Below are positions 62,480 to 64,000 of a DNA stretch of 64,000 bases, piece by piece (positions within the stretch are counted from its first letter, which is position 1; each line of letters begins with the position of its first letter). The stretch is from Eledone cirrhosa (lineage: Eukaryota), in the NCBI GenBank assembly GCA_964016885.1, contig OZ024740.1, positions 250,108,001-250,172,000 of the forward strand, in the 5' to 3' direction. The notes under the pieces were generated by a model. It made no database searches and was not told the DNA's origin. It worked only from the letters and a program-made list of their open reading frames with translations. Made by a program: the position numbers and the translations under genes.

Positions 62480-62930
62480 TAACAAACAGTTGGGTTTTGT
62501 GATGGAAGTATCCTCTAAAAATTCGCTCTTTGAGTTCAAATAAATATTGTTCAGAGATGATAAACCTTGTAATATCATAAATTTCTCATTCAGACAAAGA
62601 CAACATTTCTTAGTACCATTAGTGTAAGGACTGGATCATTCAAGTATCTTCCAAGTTATCTTATGTGGGACTCCTTTCTCCTTTATTTGCCAGACTCTTT
62701 CACCAAGGCTGTACTGATTCTCATATCACGATTTCTGAAGGAGTGGAGATGCATGTAAAAACGTTGTTTAAAATATCTTGTACCTTATTGACATATTTTT
62801 TGTTAACTTCTGAATTTTTTGTGTTGTTGTGTGTAATCTCATACACAACAAATTTGATATCACATTTTTGTTGGAAAGGACAGTTCTCTTTAATCTTATA
62901 AGCAGCTCGGATTAACATCGGGTATATTCT
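62480..62930 (-). mobile_element. PLE GIY-YIG/C-terminal fragment
   Basis: CPFQQKC..KFVVYEIT...KKYV, FKQRFYMH and PYTNGTKKCCLCLNEK..I...LNSKSE. Confidence 0.7.
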
Positions 62931-63074
62931 TTGCAGTCGTTTTTAATCTCATAGATAGTCCACATGAATAGGATATTTTGTTGGAATTATGATTGAATAT
63001 TTTTACTATATCTATGTTGTATATGCAGCAAGGAAAACAGTATCTTGGACAATGTACCAGACAGCATGAAACAC

Positions 63075-64000
63075 CTACTAGCCATTGGAGGAGCTAGATG
63101 CATTGACAACTGCTGAAGAACTGTGCAGAGCCATTGATGGCTTACCTGCTGGGAAGGCACCAGGATCTGATAGCATCCCCCCAGAGGTCATCAGGTGCAC
63201 AAAGGGAGTGCTACTTAGCCACTTGTTGAAACTACTGTTTCAGTGCTAGGAGGAGGGAACAGTCCCGCAAGACATGAGAGACTGTAACACTGTCACCTTC
63301 TATAAGAACAAAGGGGACAGAAGCAACTGCAATAGCAACCAAGGCATCTCACTGCTAAGCATTGTTTGGAAGGTCTTTGCCTGCATGGGCTTGAACAGAC
63401 TACAGAAATTTGCTGAGAGGGTATACCTTGAATCTCAGTGTGATTTCAGTGTGGTTTCAGGTCAGAACGCTCCATCAACATGATCTCCTTTCAACAGCTA
63501 CAGGAGAAGTGACGAGAGCAAAGGCAACCACCCTACATCACCTTCACGAAGGCATTTGATCTAGTTAGTAGAGACGGCCTGTTCAAGATTCTTGCCAGGA
63601 TTGGTTGTCCTCTAAGTCTTCTTAGGATAGTCCAATCATTTCATGCAGATATGAAAGGTGTCATTCTCAATTTGATGGCTTTTTCTTGGAGGCATTTGAC
63701 ATATGCAACAGGGCTGTGGGCTAGCCTCACTCTATTTGGCATCTTTTTTGCAGTCATGCTAAAACATACATTTGGAATGTCATCTGAAAATGTCTACCTC
63801 CACACCAGATCAGATGGAAGGCTGTTTAGTCTGTCAAAGCTGAAAGCGAAATCCAAGGTTCACCAAGTACTCATCAGAGAAATGCTGTTTGTAGATGATG
63901 CAGCACTGGCCGTACACTCTGAGGAGCAAATGCAGCCCCTCATGAACAAACCTTTGAGGGCCTGCTAGTAATTCAGTCTGACCATTAATCTGAAGAAAAC
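63075..64000 (+). mobile_element. Degenerate RTE/BovB-like RT fragment (runs off window)
   Basis: GKAPGSDSIP, YKNKGDRSNC, GISLLS, ESQC, KAFDLV and LFVDDAAL. Confidence 0.88.

Overview
AT-rich, microsatellite-rich eukaryotic (animal) DNA made almost entirely of transposable elements and their debris. I found no host protein-coding gene, rRNA, true tRNA or CRISPR array. The mix of (GAT)n-tailed RTE LINEs, tRNA-derived SINEs and (TA)n/(CA)n tracts looks cephalopod (octopus-like), but that is an inference. Contents: a degenerate CRE-clade retrotransposon (58-3100); many RTE LINEs, two families of which carry a PHD finger inside the RT region; a near full-length Neptune-type Penelope-like element (PLE; 16983-27999) with a SINE and two RTEs nested in its 3' pseudo-LTR; four Helitrons; hAT and Tigger-like DNA-transposon remnants; and two minisatellites. 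The most notable unannotated signal is about a dozen short cassettes, most next to (TA)n tracts, that form long inverted repeats and/or carry minimal hammerhead-ribozyme (HHR) motifs. Four HHRs are complete by eye, at 6541-6607, 6940-7006, 7206-7262 and 60413-60480. In several cassettes the fold-back point lies in the ribozyme stem II. All calls are by eye; no database search or folding was run, and boundaries are approximate unless a TSD or terminal motif is quoted.
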